Source: Halocafeteria seosinensis
Taxonomy: Eukaryota
DNA: 64,000 bases
Assembly (NCBI GenBank): GCA_001687465.1
Contig: LVLI01000204.1
Location: 1 to 64,000 of the forward strand
Direction: 5' to 3'
Shown here: piece by piece, positions 10,524-24,211 of the stretch
Numbering within the stretch: position 1 is the first letter of the stretch
Layout: each line of letters opens with the position of its first letter
Program-made: the position numbers and the translations under genes
The notes under the pieces: generated by a model
The model's input: the letters and a program-made list of their open reading frames with translations, nothing else
Told to the model about the DNA's origin: nothing
Database searches by the model: none

Positions 10524-13500
10524 ATGAAGCGAGGCTCCAAGGCTCTTCTTGTGAAGCCCCGAAGGCTCTGGACAATTCCCAAAGATGCTCCTGGACGAAA
10601 CGTAACCAATCACTCTACCCGAAGTGCTCCAGCTAAAGGGAAAAGGGAGGATGACGACCACTATCCTAGTCGGACTCGGTTTGCGGTACGTTAACTAGGT
10701 AGTGGGTAGCCCCGTCTAGTGCTAAGGCCTATTATTTTCGTGTTTTGTCAGGCCTTGGCAGTTCCCAAACCAGTCCCACGTAAAATCGCAAAGAAACTAA
10801 ATCAGGGAAAGGAAAAGACACAACAAGAATCAAGTGCGCGTGCCATCAGCTCCCTGGAAGTGGACAACGATCCCCGATCGATTCGACGGTTGGCCGAGGT
10901 GAGTCCACTATGATACTGGCACTGGGACAGGTCCAAGCACACATGGTCTTTGCTCTATGTCTATACAGTTGTCCATCAGCATGAGTAAACACACAAAGGA
11001 ATGTTTGAAATTACCCCGTGCGTTTCAGTGCGTCTGGTCTTCCAACCATCCGGAGAAGAGGAACGGGGATGGAGAACTTCATCTTCATCTGTTAGAAGAG
11101 TATATTGGACATCTAATCGGCTCGCTTACTAGTAGAGGGTTGTCTGTACCTAAACATCGAGAACCAAAAATTGCCGCTGGCTTGTATTCAACAGCATTAA
11201 GGAGGACTGCCTCGGCATTACGCCATCGTCATAGCAACCAACAGCAACTATCATCGCGCGTGAGGAGCGACATTAGAAACTTGACTGACCTGTATGATGC
11301 AGCTACGGCTTATTGCTCATCCTTAGGGGAACATGAAATGGACACATCCGAATGGGAGCCTATGCTTTTCAACGCTTTGATGGATTCTCTTCGGTATTTT
11401 GGAACTCCTGGCGCATGCTTGCGCCGTTTACGAAATCGGGTATGCCTATGCAAGTTTGTGTTTTGTTTCTTCCTCACACACCGTCGACCCGTTCACTTAT
11501 ATATGTTTGCAGATCGAAAATAACGAAGGGTTAAACGATGCAACATTGTTAGCGGGTCTCCGGGCAATTTGGGCCTGCTCTGTAAGGGATCTATCCCGAC
11601 GGCGTGGGTACATTCCGAAGACAGACAAGATGTACTCTTTGTCTAATTTTGCAACGTTTCTGGTTTCCTCGCGTATGGACAAATGCCCTGATTCAAGGAT
11701 ATTGACCAGCTGTTGGAACCAATTGCTCCGAGTGTACGTCGTCCACGGTGTGCCTCGCTCGTCTGTGGAATTTGGTAGTAACCACTTGGACACTTTGTCA
11801 ATCTTGAGGTCAATAGCCCCGCGGGGATACCATTCAAACGACCCCGCAAGGGAAAATGCTGCTGCGCTAAACTTTGGGAGCGACTGGGGGTCCTTGTTCT
11901 CAACAGGATCTGACCAAATAGCAATGCCCGTTGTGTTGGCCTCATCCTCCGAAAAACCCTTCCAAAGACCCTTTGTTGATCGCTTCTTGTCAGGGTTCCA
12001 AGGTATAAGGGCCTCTACAAAGCGTATTCTCTCCAAATCCTTAAAGAATGATCTGTACGCGGAACGTAAAAGAGCTTTAGAATTAAAAAGGGCTGGTGAG
12101 CTGAAACGCTTCCCTCGTTTAGTTTTGCGGCATCCACCTGTGTGGTCCCTAAATGGAGGCCTTTTTCTACCGTTGGAAGATGAAAAATTCGGCAGTTACG
12201 CACTAGATGGAATCATCGCTAAGAGTGCTCGCGCAAGTGTACCGCTGAGTCAGTTGCGCCAGTGGGACCATCTGTCGGACGACTACAAGGCTAGCCTGCA
12301 TCTATCGCGTTTATTAGGATTGGACCATTCATACGCCACCGCTTATGGCAACCAGCTTCTGAAGACAACCTTCGGTGCAGCTTTTAAGGGGCCCCCTCGG
12401 GAAACCATGTATGGATCGCAGACAGACTGCACCATCCCTCGTCTTGATCCGTGGGATAGTGCTCGTGAGAAATACGGTGTAAGATCTGTCAATCAGTGTA
12501 CAGTCGATTCGTTTGGGTTTGGGGATTTAGTGAGGTCTACTTCCAGATATTGCCCAGTAAAGGCAAGAGAAGAACCTAGGCCTTCGCTGCGGGTAAATAT
12601 TCAACCCGCTGGTTACAGAAGTGATTTGTACATTCCCCCAATGTGTGAAGCACCAAATAGTGCTGATGCTCATCGCAGCCAGTCGATAGTTCCGATCATA
12701 TCAGGCATATGGAGGGAGATGAAACGCTCGGGTAGCTTCCCCAATGGGAATACTGCCGAGTTGTCGGTAAAGCTCCTGGGCGGTACCTCTTCGTCTAGAT
12801 CCGAGCACATGTTGCATTTAGAAAGAATGATGAAGGAATACGGGCTTTTCACAAATGAACAAGCATTGGACGCACTGGTCCGAGAATATGCAGCCCTGGG
12901 AGATCTATCCAGAGCTTTTAAGACTTTGAACCAAGTTGTCTTCAGCAACGATAATTGGGTCAACGTGTCTAAGCTTGCCGCCATGTGTGGATCGTCCTGT
13001 TTGGATGAGATGTCACCGCCTCTTTTCGAAAGTAAGACTTGCACATCTATAGATTGGCAAGCGTGCCTCAGAGAACGAATGCTGGAAACATGGTCGATGG
13101 ACTTGGAAAGGATAGCTGTCAACTCGACTAGTTGGACAATCCGACCAAAGCCCTTCGTAGCCCTTATGTCTTCTTTGGGGGCGCGAGGTCTATACCGCGA
13201 AGCTATGTACACCCTGGAGCTTGCATTGCAAAGCGGTATTGCACCTACCAGTAAAATGCTGACCGTCGGGATACGCTCGGCTGCCGCTACCATTAATTAT
13301 CCTCGTCGAAGTACACCCCAAGCTCCAGCGGCCTCTGGTGCTGTTAAGAAATACGTCCTGGGTCAGCTGTCTAGCTTAGACGAGCATCTAAATTTGAGTG
13401 AGCTTCACAGCTATGTTATGCAGCTGTATTCCACCGGTAACCACGACGATGCCGTTTTATTGCCCCGTGCAGTCGGAGAACTTGACTCGTGCGCACCGGA

Positions 13501-15130
13501 TTGGAGTGGTCGCGGTATATCGGCTCCTCTCGGGACCGACACGTTTACTCCAGCGGAAAACGCGAACTGCAGCTTTACGTATGTTCCTGTGAAAGTGCAG
13601 CTTGCATTGGTCCGAGCATTGGGTTGCACCGGAGACTTGAAGAGACTCAGCCAAGTACTGGAAAACGCGGTTCGGCATTACGGTCTTGATTCGGTCGCGA
13701 CTGGTCGTACCACAGATTGTAATGACTTTATAAACTCTGGACTTAATATGCCTCGGTCATTGATTGACGGTTTTATTAAAGCGTTTGCTATAGCTGGAGA
13801 TACGGAACGAGCAGGGAAGTTGCTGGAACATTTCTGGAAGGCCCAGGGATATACTGCCAGCGAGAGTAGTTTGTGTCACGTAATCAGGAACACCTCTTCA
13901 ATAGAGCAGCTGCCACAGTTACAACATTCTCTGAAAATAATGGCCGAAATGCGGGTAAATCCCTCGGAGAAAACTCGAGAAGCTTTACTAGACTGTTGCT
14001 TCCATATTGCTCAGACTCAGGATCCTGTGCCGGCTGCTCTAGCACGGAAACATTCCCAAGCATATCCATCGACTCATCATAAGAATGCCGAGTCCAGCAC
14101 GTATGGCCGCGAAGCTTCTCAGGTGAAACACGGAAGCATTAAGGCCATGAGTGAAGGAAGTACCCCTTTGGAACGGTATAGTGTTTTCGTTAGCGAGGAG
14201 TTGCGACGAGCAGTATCGCCCGCCTTAGATGTGAACCGCAACGACGATCACGATCTGACTAAGGCTGCTAGGGTAGCTAATGCGATGACAAGGGAAGTGG
14301 TGAATTTCTTGTACTCTGAGCTGGAGTATTCGATTTCTTCCTCGCCCGATGCGATTGACTTGCTTCATATGTCGGGGCTTGACGATGGAGTTGAGCTATT
14401 GAGACTGGTGCTACTCGAGTGGCCTGTGTCAGAGAAACTAGCAATATGGAAGAAAACCCACGGAAAATATTCGAGAGAACGATCGTCACTCAATCAGTGG
14501 TTATTTGAGCAGAAGAGGGAAGTGCGCCGGCAGATGATCGAATCTCAGAAGAGTCTCAGTTGGACGGCGAAACAGATTGCGCACCGTGATCGCGTTGGGA
14601 ATGTACAACCTTCAGAATCTATGACACTTGGTATGGCGTCAAGTGCATCTTGGAGAAGTCGCGTTGGGTACCACCTATCTGCACCCATGGGTGGTGCGGG
14701 TATCGCTGGCAACGATGATGAACCGGTTGAGATCTTAGAGGAACTACCAGAAGACGTGGGTGAAGAAAAATTAGCGGATGATCGTTCGCGTTTTCTGGAC
14801 AGTGTTGGCAAGAGACTTAACCGAAACCGCGATTGGCAAGAACAGGTGGCGGATGTAAGTAGATATACGTTCTTACCATCCTCTTGCTGTACCTTTAACG
14901 GCTACGTGATGCAGAGTATGCGAGGCTGGCAGGCAAGCTCGGGCAAAAGCTTGGTTGCAAAGGAGAGAGGCGAGCAATTTGTAATCTGGCCGTGTAACAA
15001 CCCAACATCTATCACGGATACGCTTGTACCGGAATCCTTTTACGGAACGGCTACTGAATCCGGGGATATCCCAATGCATTTTCAGTGGGAATCATCACCA
15101 GCAGCCTACCATTCACATACAAACCGTTAG
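10524..15130 (+). CDS. Large pentatricopeptide-repeat-like protein, probably organellar, multi-exon
   Basis: PPR-like helical pairs: ALDALVREYAALGDLSRAFKTL; FVALMSSLGARGLYREAMYTLELALQSGIAP; IDGFIKAFAIAGDTERAGKLL. Basic N-terminus. Confidence 0.7.
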
Positions 15131-15180
15131 AAGTCCTAAAGCCGACATCAAGTTGATGCGTTGTTGATTAGTTCAGACGG

Positions 15181-17492
15181 CTATTCGGAATCCATCCGCA
15201 ACGTACGCTCCACTCCTTTGGAAGTCTCATACTTGTCTGCCAGCTCCGGTTTCTTGACGCCCCTGCAACAAATCCCAGTTTCACGACATGTTATTATATG
15301 TTCGTTTACGTTTGAAGGCTTACCTTTTTATTTCGTCGGTAGTGGGGCCCTCCGGGTAAGCAGCGCCATTCCATTTTCCTGCCCTCTCATTCGGTGGAGG
15401 GACACGCTTGACGCCCCTGTGTAGATGTACAAGAAAATTAGTATCAACGACTACCAAGGACAGTAGTTCATGCCTTGTCTCCCTCCACTTACCGGTGAAT
15501 GTCTCCTTCTTCCGTTCCAAGAGGATAGGCGCACCCTTCCCATTTGGTTTTCGCTAACGGATTGTCGACGATTTTCTTTCCACCGGAGAATTCTTGAGAT
15601 GCTCGCTTCACCGCATCCTTTGGATCTACTTCTTCGAAGTAATCCCCCATCAGTCTGTAGTTAATAGATAGGATTCAGTGGAAAGAATTATTACCGGTTG
15701 ATCAAATTTTGCAGCATTCTGCACGAACCTTGTTCGTTCCTTCTCCGCTTCCTGTTCCTCTTCAACGACCATTTTGTCGATTCCTTCTTTCGAGCTTGTA
15801 AATTCGTCCATTGTCTTGTATTGCCTAACGTATGTAGTGTCATTGATAACACCAGATGACCACAAGAGTGGTGGCAGTGTCCACCTTCTGTCATCAGCTT
15901 CTTCTTTCTCAGCCATTCGAACCCTTTCCACCAAATCCATTGCGTCGGCTTTTGAAGAGCTTTGCTTCTTGGACTTGGAGGAAGAGTTTTTGGATGGTTT
16001 TCTCCGCTCCGCCGTTTCCTCCGGTACATGGTCGAAGAATATTTTTTGAGCGGCTTCCTGTCGTTTCTTCTGTTCTGGTGACGAAGGATCTTCGTACAAC
16101 GCTCGTTCTTCATCGTCAGTTTTCGACAACGCAGCGTGAATCGGATCACTAATATATCCTACTTTAATTGGTCGCTCCCTAGACGAAAGAGGGTCATATT
16201 GAGAAAGATTCTCATGTCCAAACGCACGCAAGTACGTTTCATATTGTTTGCGTCTTCGTTGTCGGCGTTTCGCCAAACTGCCACTTTCATAATGATTCGC
16301 TATCGATTTTCGTATACGCTCGTGAACTGAGGCGTTCCATTGATCATGTAGTTGCCTCGTTTGCTCATATTCTTTTGAGGCCTCCTTCTTCAACACTCTG
16401 TCTTTTATGTCTTGTAGCACACTCCATCCTTCGTCCACCTCCCCCATCAACGTGTTAAACCTGTGCTCCTTCTTCGCTATCTGGGCCTCTCTCGCCCGGG
16501 CCAGCTTCTCTTCCCATTCCGCCTGAAATTCTTTGAGCTTTTGTTCACTTTGCTCGTGGCGTTGCTTTGCAACTTCTTCTCTCCTTTTGATTTCCTTATG
16601 TGCGTCCCTCTTGAGCCGCCTTGCGACTGCATCAGGTAGACGATAGTACATCTTCAGTTGCGTTATCGTGGTTTTGTTTACCAGGCTGGGATTCGCCGAG
16701 AGTTTAACAATAGTGGCGTCCGCTTCCGCTTCTGACTGAGTCTTCTGTCGCGGATTTTTCCGCTCCTGAGAACTTCGTTCCACGTTGACAGCTTTCAATC
16801 GGTTCTTGACATCCCCCTGCTCCCCTAACATTGATGTAGACAAAGACTTTTGGATGGACTCATTTTCAGCATGCTGCCGTTCTATGGCAGATTCAGGAAT
16901 TGGCCACCACGAATGACCCCATATTTGCGTTCGGGGCGCTGTCCCTTCGGTGACTTCCTCGTTAAGAAGCGAGCTCGAGAGGGTTCCCCCTGTTCGCGGC
17001 ATACTGCTTCCATGGCCAATCTTATCCTTTCGGGGGGAGTTCCGCCTCGCCTTCCTGCCCATGTCGGGCCGGGGACGTTTGAAATATCTGATTTGCAGTG
17101 GTACTAACCGGGACAGTACTACTGGTAGACTTTTTTGAGTCTATCTGCTTGATCTGCGAACCTTGACTTTGGGTAACCGCAGGCCGTCCACTGGATCGCG
17201 TACTCGCCGGAGAGCTCGGAGCCGTTTGCAGACGCTCAGAGGGCGATTGAGACCGCGGAGGAGTACTCGTCTGTCTGACTTGGAGTTTGGGCCAATTCTC
17301 TCTTGACGGATGACTGGTTGGATCGTGCCGCAAATGTCGACGAGGGAGACATTCGATCAAAGCGTTCCATTCGTTCTGGTTGTAGTAAGCCGATTTCCCT
17401 CCACCTTCGCGTTTCTCTTGCAGCCGCTTCTCTAACGGATCAGATTCGACTGAAGCACGCTGCTGAATATTTGTGCTGTTGCTATCAGCCAT
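15181..17492 (-). CDS. Uncharacterised coiled-coil protein (possible FAM228-like region), multi-exon, 5' structure unresolved
   Basis: 470-aa ORF with charged coiled coil and LHDQWNASVHERI...YETYL...YDPL. Spliced 3' exons give a duplicated KWxGxAYPxG...RGVK motif and a stop at 15181. Confidence 0.55.
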
Positions 17493-18117
17493 AGCACTCC
17501 TTGTTGGTAGTACTGTACACTAAACTAGCCTGTCCTGTCCGTTCGCAACGATCTCGTGACCACGACTTCCGTAGTTCTCTGTCGTTCAGCCAAGACGAGA
17601 AACTGGAATACTGACTTGTTCACCCAATGCGTGGATTTGCAGTGCTTACACAGGTCGATGGGAGCACGTATCAAACGTGGATGCATCCAGCACCCTTTGC
17701 GCGCGTAAAATTGTCTTCAGTGAGTCTGGGAGCTGGAAGCAGAGGAAGTGGAAGCAGCAGCTGCTATGGTTGATCCTCCTCTCACCTTCACCAAAATATT
17801 CTTCCGGACCAAAATATTCGTTAACTTAACAACTCTGGCAGGGATGTGCTCAAACATTGCGTTAATTTTTCATACCGGACGTAGCGTCAGTCCACGGCTA
17901 TGGTTCAACCGAAGTCGCAGCTTGCTGCGACCCCCCAACGCCTTGGCCCATGGGGGCAAAGGAGTCTAAACGACTGGACCAACAGTGATTAACCAGTTTG
18001 TCACAGATAGTATAGTATGATGGACTGTTTGAGCAAAGAGTAGGAACGAGAAGAGGTCAAAGCAAAGTCAACACATTTTTGTTGTCTCTCCCGCCGTTGC
18101 AGTAAACAGAGACAGCA

Positions 18118-18309
18118 ATGGATCCCTCCATGCTGGCCCAACTAGGGGGTCAGCGCCAACAGAGCCAAGCCAAATCGACACAGCCTCTAGGAGAACGTGT
18201 TAAGTTGGGTATTGTACGCTATGGACCACTCGTCACTATCATCGCGTGTGGGCTGTACTTTACACGACCCAAACCTACATGGCACTCGTTGACAAAATTG
18301 CCCCTGTAG
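18118..18309 (+). CDS. TOM7-like mitochondrial outer membrane translocase subunit
   Basis: 63 aa with a single TM segment, VRYGPLVTIIACGLYF, followed by PKPTW..L..P, resembling Tom7. Confidence 0.6.
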   Translation: MDPSMLAQLGGQRQQSQAKSTQPLGERVKLGIVRYGPLVTIIACGLYFTRPKPTWHSLTKLPL

Positions 18310-18727
18310 ACAATAAGGCGGCACGAATGCTTCATCCAGAGGTATCACAGTATTGTAAGTGTGTCTATAATACGGAACCATGTTGTATGTGTGCATAGGA
18401 TTCGTATGCAGTTATAGATGCGTTCGCAACCCACGCAGACAGGCTAAGGAATACTGCAATCTTGGGAGACAACTGAAGCTGTGCACTCTGGGCCGCGGTG
18501 GATGTATTGTATTATTAACCCAGCGTTCTAACGATTTTAATGGGAGGATAACGCAGAGCGTTCATTTATTCTCTGTCTATGCTTCTAATTACGTCACTTG
18601 ATCTAGGGCACCGCGCACGTGTCAAACGGGAGTTATAAGTGTTCAATGCACACAGCGAGTAATGGATGAATGTTCTACGGCACACACATGCTATTTTATA
18701 CTAACTGTACACAGCTTTCATCCATTA

Positions 18728-21143
18728 TTACTTAGTGGCTGTATTCGCAGGCATGCCATAACGAGCAGGGCCTTGATATTGTGCCTGGGTCTTCACCTGA
18801 CTATCCAGCCACTGACTTTGCCGGGAAGCATTTAATTGTGTAATCTTATGCCGAGTGCGCACTGACAATCCCGTAGCTTTCTTGCTCTCCCTTTGTAGCG
18901 CATCATCAATAACGACAAGACTGTTCAAGTAGTCGATATACTCAGAAACAGCGGTATGTCCAGAGTGCCCCGAATAGTCAAGCATATCACCAACACACAA
19001 AAGTAGTTCACAAGCAGCCTCTATACACGCTTCACCAGGGACACACGTGGGTATGTAATATCCAGTTTGAATGTCTCCTACCTGGGAAGCATGCGAAGCC
19101 CCATCGACTGACAAGGGAGGGTCCAGTAATCGAGACAAAGCCATCCGAATCAGGTTCTCTGTTATTAACTGATATCTGTACATGTATGCCAAAAATATTG
19201 CCTGGCGTTCTTCCGTTTTGCGTTCTTTTGGTAGCGGGGGGAATTCTGACGACGTTTGGTCTTCCGAAGCCGATCGTGTTTTGCCTCTGACTTCTCGTTC
19301 GTTTAAATAATGTCGCGAGCGCCTGAAGTCATCTAGAGTAAAGGCCGGTGCCGTTTGCCCATTGTCACCTAAAGCTGATATCTCTGATGCCATGGTAGTC
19401 GACCAAAGCCATGAAGACATATCCTCCGCTGCTTGCTTTTCTTTGGAGGACGGAGCTAGAGCTCGAGTCTTAAATGGATAAGGATAGCCAACCTTAAGTG
19501 AATCTCGATTTGCGTCAGGCATATACTGATGCGATGGAGAGGTTGGTGACAATAAGTCAACGCGAGAGCTGTTCAAAGCAGAAAGTTGCACTGCCCCATG
19601 CAGGCCACTGCTGAAATTGTTTCGATTGTACCTAGTATGATTTTCTTCTGGACTCGTTCCCAACCCAACAATCACACGGTAGCAGCGCATTAGAAGAAAT
19701 TTGCGAAATGAGCATAACCTTCCTCCCTCTAAAAACTCCGGTAAAGTCCTTACGAGTTGCGTCGAAAGCCTAGCACATAATTCACTGCAAAACACCTACT
19801 AGTTAAGGCTGAAAAACACCTACTTGCTGTCGGAAGTGCTTACCAATGCTTTGGATCTTGTGTCGCTTTCTGAAAAATTGCATCAACAACAGTCTGCAGG
19901 CTAGGTGCCCCTGTGAACGTGACTTCGGCAAAATTAACAAACTGCTTCGCTAATGATTCGGTGGGCTGATAAGGTAAGTTATCTACTAGCTGCTTTGACG
20001 CTACCATTACCGGGTCAGCGGCGCCTCCGTTGGAAGTTACCCCATTGCCGTAGATTGGCGGATTGACTCCAGCGAGGTTTTGTCCGCTTCCTGAGTCATA
20101 CATTTGTGCTGTTTGTAGCAACGCCCGACTGATGTCTTCCACAGATGGCTGCACACTAGCATGCCCATTCTTTTGTCTCCCGTGTTGCTTGTTGGAATTT
20201 GTGTGCGCTATTCGCCGCTGGAGATGGGTCGATATTTCGTTGACGTAAGATTTCCACATTGGATTTGAATACAAAATAAAGGGGACATTATCCGCCTTGG
20301 CGATGGCCTGGAACACTTTCTGATGGGGCAAATCGGACGGTATTCCCTCTTGAAACGAGGGGTGCTGCGCAAAGAGATGCGTTAACTGGTTGGGCGTTAA
20401 ATTACTCTCTAAGAAAGTATTCTGCTATCAGCACAAACAACCGTAACGGAACAAGTCACATATGTCTTCTCACACAAGACGCAACTTACAGGCGTTTGCA
20501 CGGTACCAATGCGGGGGAAACCTTCCGGCTTCGGTGGATTTTGCCGCGGTTTCATCTGAATTTAATCGCATAGTTTCAGCTTTTAATAAGCTATGAAAGC
20601 ACTAATAACCCCAAAAAAAAACACGTACAGCTAGTAGCGTGTCAATACTGTACTGTCTGGGTGAGTCATCGTCCTGAACGGCAGAATTCTCGTTTTGTTG
20701 TCCCACGAAATCACAATGATTGGAATGTCCATGTTGAGCATGTTCGGATCGATGATCTACCTGTATTGCGGCGCTCGAACCAATAAGTGTAAAAGCATAT
20801 AACATCCCAGGTTGAAGATGACGCCTTGATCGTGTCACTGCACCCATCTGCCTGGGCAGCGTCTACCAGAATATCTTTGTCCACAAAACCTTACCTTTTG
20901 AGATGCGAGTGTGTCTGTACTATGTCCTTGCGCCATAGACTGGGCAGAAGAAGTCCCTGTACCAGTCCTGTGAGCACACATAATAAGAAAAAGGTCTCTC
21001 CAAAACACAGCCAAGGCGAAACTGGGTCTTCTCCATTTCCAAGTCAATTATCGTAAAGAGAGAAATACACAAGCACAGCGTTTTGATTCACTCAGTACAC
21101 TTAATGAGCCAGTATGGCCGGAAATATCGAAGCAGTCGGTCAT
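18728..21143 (-). CDS. eIF4G-like MIF4G-domain protein, multi-exon, start uncertain
   Basis: YxxxxLphi motif YSIDTLL (20633-20653). MIF4G motifs VVDAIFQKA, ELCARL, FRKFLLMRC, IEAACELLLCVG and RTRHKITQL...W. Confidence 0.75.
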
Positions 21144-21408
21144 GGAGACCGCCTCCCCTTGTTGCTCCCCTGCGAAGCCCTTTTTGTCACTGGGCCACTT
21201 ACTCTCCGGGCACAAAGGCACTAGCTCCAGGATTAAGTTTACCAGGCATTTCTATGTGATGTGATGGTAATATCGCTGCACTATCGGAAACACACACACA
21301 CACACATCAACGTATTGACGGTATCGGCATGTGTTTCTGTACAATTCTTGATGGAGGTTGAAGTTGAAGTTGTGTATCGGCAAAATGCAGAGAAAAATTG
21401 TTGGTGGC

Positions 21409-21503
21409 CAAATTAATGCAATGTATCAGAATCAGGTACAAGATGGCTTTTCTGCATTGTTGTTCAGGCAAATTAATATCAGAATCAGGTAAAAGATGCC
21501 TTT
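21409..21503 (+). repeat. Imperfect direct repeat, two copies of CAAATTAAT..TATCAGAATCAGGTA(C/A)AAGATG(G/C)CTTT
   Basis: Seen directly at ~21409-21452 and ~21469-21503. Confidence 0.85.
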
Positions 21504-22135
21504 CCCTCTTACAAGTGCTTGGATCTCTAGTACGCTCTACAACACTTTAATAGACTCCACAGTGCATCATGATGCATGTGTCGGTCTCCACAATAAAGAA
21601 ATTGTGAATGAACATATTTTGTGATACCCTAATTTTATCCACTCCGGATGCATAATCTTTGCACTGGTTGCGTAGTATAGGATGTGACTTTGTGACCTCC
21701 AGGAACTTCAGCTCCGTGGTCAGTTGGTCCTCGTCTGAAATGAACAAACCACATTTTCCCACACATCTTTTTCCCACGCATGTTGGTCCCCTGCAAACTG
21801 TGTTGTTGAAACTACAAATTCCTCACCGCTCGAAGGGTGTCCACCGACGGTGTGGATGTGGCACGACTGCCGCACGAGGTGCGTGTGTGCCAGGGAGATA
21901 CCGGACTATCTTTCTTTGCATTAATTTGGCATTCTACAACAAAAACACTGCTCTTACGCAGCTAAAGCATAGTGTATCGTAAGCATAGCATTGAGACAGT
22001 CCAAATCATCCATTAGCGAAAAATCGGGTGAAGGAGTGATAGGGCACTCAAAGTCGTGGAGGGCAGGACGATTGCAGGTTGTTCTTGACCGAGGCCCTAT
22101 TTAACTTGTTGGGTTCTTCAACGAAGCAAGGAAGG

Positions 22136-24211
22136 ATGGAAGCAGCCACACTGGATCGTACTGCATACTTTCTGCACGATGTGGATGAATTCCCATCGTT
22201 ACGTATTTTAAGTGATATTGGTGTGTGCGCCCTCTCTCCCGAGCTCAAGAAGAAAATCCAGCAGGAGAACCGTGATGGAGCTATAAAGCACTGTATGAAC
22301 GCTACCTCCTTTTACCAGGAGGATGAGGAGGAGGAGACGAAAGAGGATGAGAATCAGCAATACGGAGGGTATTTTTCGACGAACATGGATACGACAAAGT
22401 TCGCCAACGAAATCGAACTCCTTGTGGATAAAGAATACCATGCCAAGGATTACGTCAGACTGGCGACAGATACAGATGCCGCATTGGTGGTCTTACGAGA
22501 TATTTCGGATGACCAACTTGCTATCAAAATTGAGCCTGATGGGTGGATATACCTCAAACCGAATACACACTTTCGAATCTGCTCCGGCAAAACACGCGTA
22601 TGGAGTGTGAATGGCTCGGGTGCGACAGAATTGGAGCAGACCAAAGCAGAGCGGGAGTTTTACCACCTGCCCTACTGGGAACGAGATAATACTCAGCACC
22701 GGTACGTCAATTAGGGTCATAGTTTTACTTCAAAATCTGTTCATGTCCGCTCCCCTGAGTTTCCCCGCAGCCGGAGCCTCGTTGTGGAACTCTGTCGAGA
22801 ATTCTATTATCTCGGGTGGTGCACAGGCACCGGAGGAAGCATTTCAATTCGACAAGGTAGTCGCATATATATGGCACCTTCAGGGGTACAAAAAGAACGA
22901 ATGAAGCGAGAAGATATCTTCGTCCTTGATAGGGATGGTCGCCCCATTTACTGCAGGCCATCAGATATGGGCCGTCCGAAACTGAAGGTCAGTGAATGCT
23001 CTCCGCTTTTCTTCCAGGCTTACCAGCAACGAAATGCTGGAGCATGTCTACATTCTCACGCCAGCGAGGCCGTCATGGCCACGCTTTTGGCTCCGTTTCA
23101 GAGCGAAACGAAGTGTGCTTCCGTTGTGTCGGAGCTACGATGTACCAAACTGGAAATGATTAAGGGCATAACTGGGCACAGCTATAACGATGTTCTCACA
23201 GTCCCTATAGTGGAAAATACTCCGCGTGAAAGTGAACTGACATCATACATAGAGGATGCAATTGTAAGCTATCCGAAAACCCAGGCCATTCTTGTGCGAA
23301 GGCATGGGATCTACGTGTGGGGAGACACTTGGGAGAAAGCGAAAACTCAAGCAGAGTCGTATCATTATCTTTTCAGCTTATACAATCAAGCTCACCAGGC
23401 AGGCGTTCAATCGGCTATCCTTCCGAAGAATAACAGTGTTGGTGAGGTTTCCAATGGAGTCAAGTATATCTTGCTGGACATTGAAGGAACTACCACATCA
23501 ATCGAGTTTGTCGCCAAAACGCTCGTCCCATATGCACGAGAACACCTGCGTGACCACTTAGAATCCACTTGGAGTACTGACGAAACAAAGCGCGACGTCG
23601 AACTGCTCCAGAAGGAGGCCAATGGAGGAGCCTCTAATGCTTTGTGCGACGGTGAGCGGCCCACCGAAGCACGCAAGAAGTCCACACAGAAGACATCCAA
23701 AACTGACTTGGTTGATTGGTGCGTTAATTATGCGGAGTCCTTGATGAAGCAAGACAAGAAATCCACGGCGTTGAAACAACTTCAAGGTCATATATGGAGG
23801 AGGGGATACGAGAGTGGTGACATCAAAGGGCATTTGTTTCCGGATACCTTGGATGCCATCAGGAGATGGCGTTTAGATGAAGGAAAACGAATATGCATAT
23901 ACTCATCTGGTTCATGCGAAGCCCAAAAGCTGTTATTCCAGCACTCGACGTTCGGTGATTTGAGCGGCTACTTGACGCAGTATTTTGACACCAACGTCGG
24001 TAACAAGAAGGAGAAAAACTCGTATACTAGCATCCAACATGAGCTCGGTGTTCACGATCCGGGTCAGATTCGGTTTTACACGGATTCGTTTGAAGAAGCT
24101 CAAGCGGCTTCTGCCGCTAGAGTACAAGTAACTCTTGTCCACCGTCCCGGTAATGCCGCGTTGCCACCGCGAAATCCGTTCCCTACCATAAACTCATTCG
24201 ACCAAGAATGA
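22136..24211 (+). CDS. Methionine-salvage fusion: degenerate ARD/MtnD-like cupin + MtnB dehydratase + MtnC enolase-phosphatase E1
   Basis: A 69-nt intron at 22702-22770 joins the two ORFs in frame (..TQHR|RSLVVELCREFY..). MtnB motifs: GWCTGTGG, APSGVQKE, SECSPLF, HSH, RRHGIYVWG. MtnC motifs: LLDIEGTT, LKQLQG, IYSSGS, YFDT. Confidence 0.88.

Noticed and set aside
16880..17165. Programmed frameshift between ORFs 17022..17492 and 15650..17062
   Set aside because: The overlap can be explained by unresolved splicing or an indel in the C6/A6 homopolymers. Transcript data are needed.
21290..21306. (CA)n microsatellite
   Set aside because: Ordinary short simple repeat.
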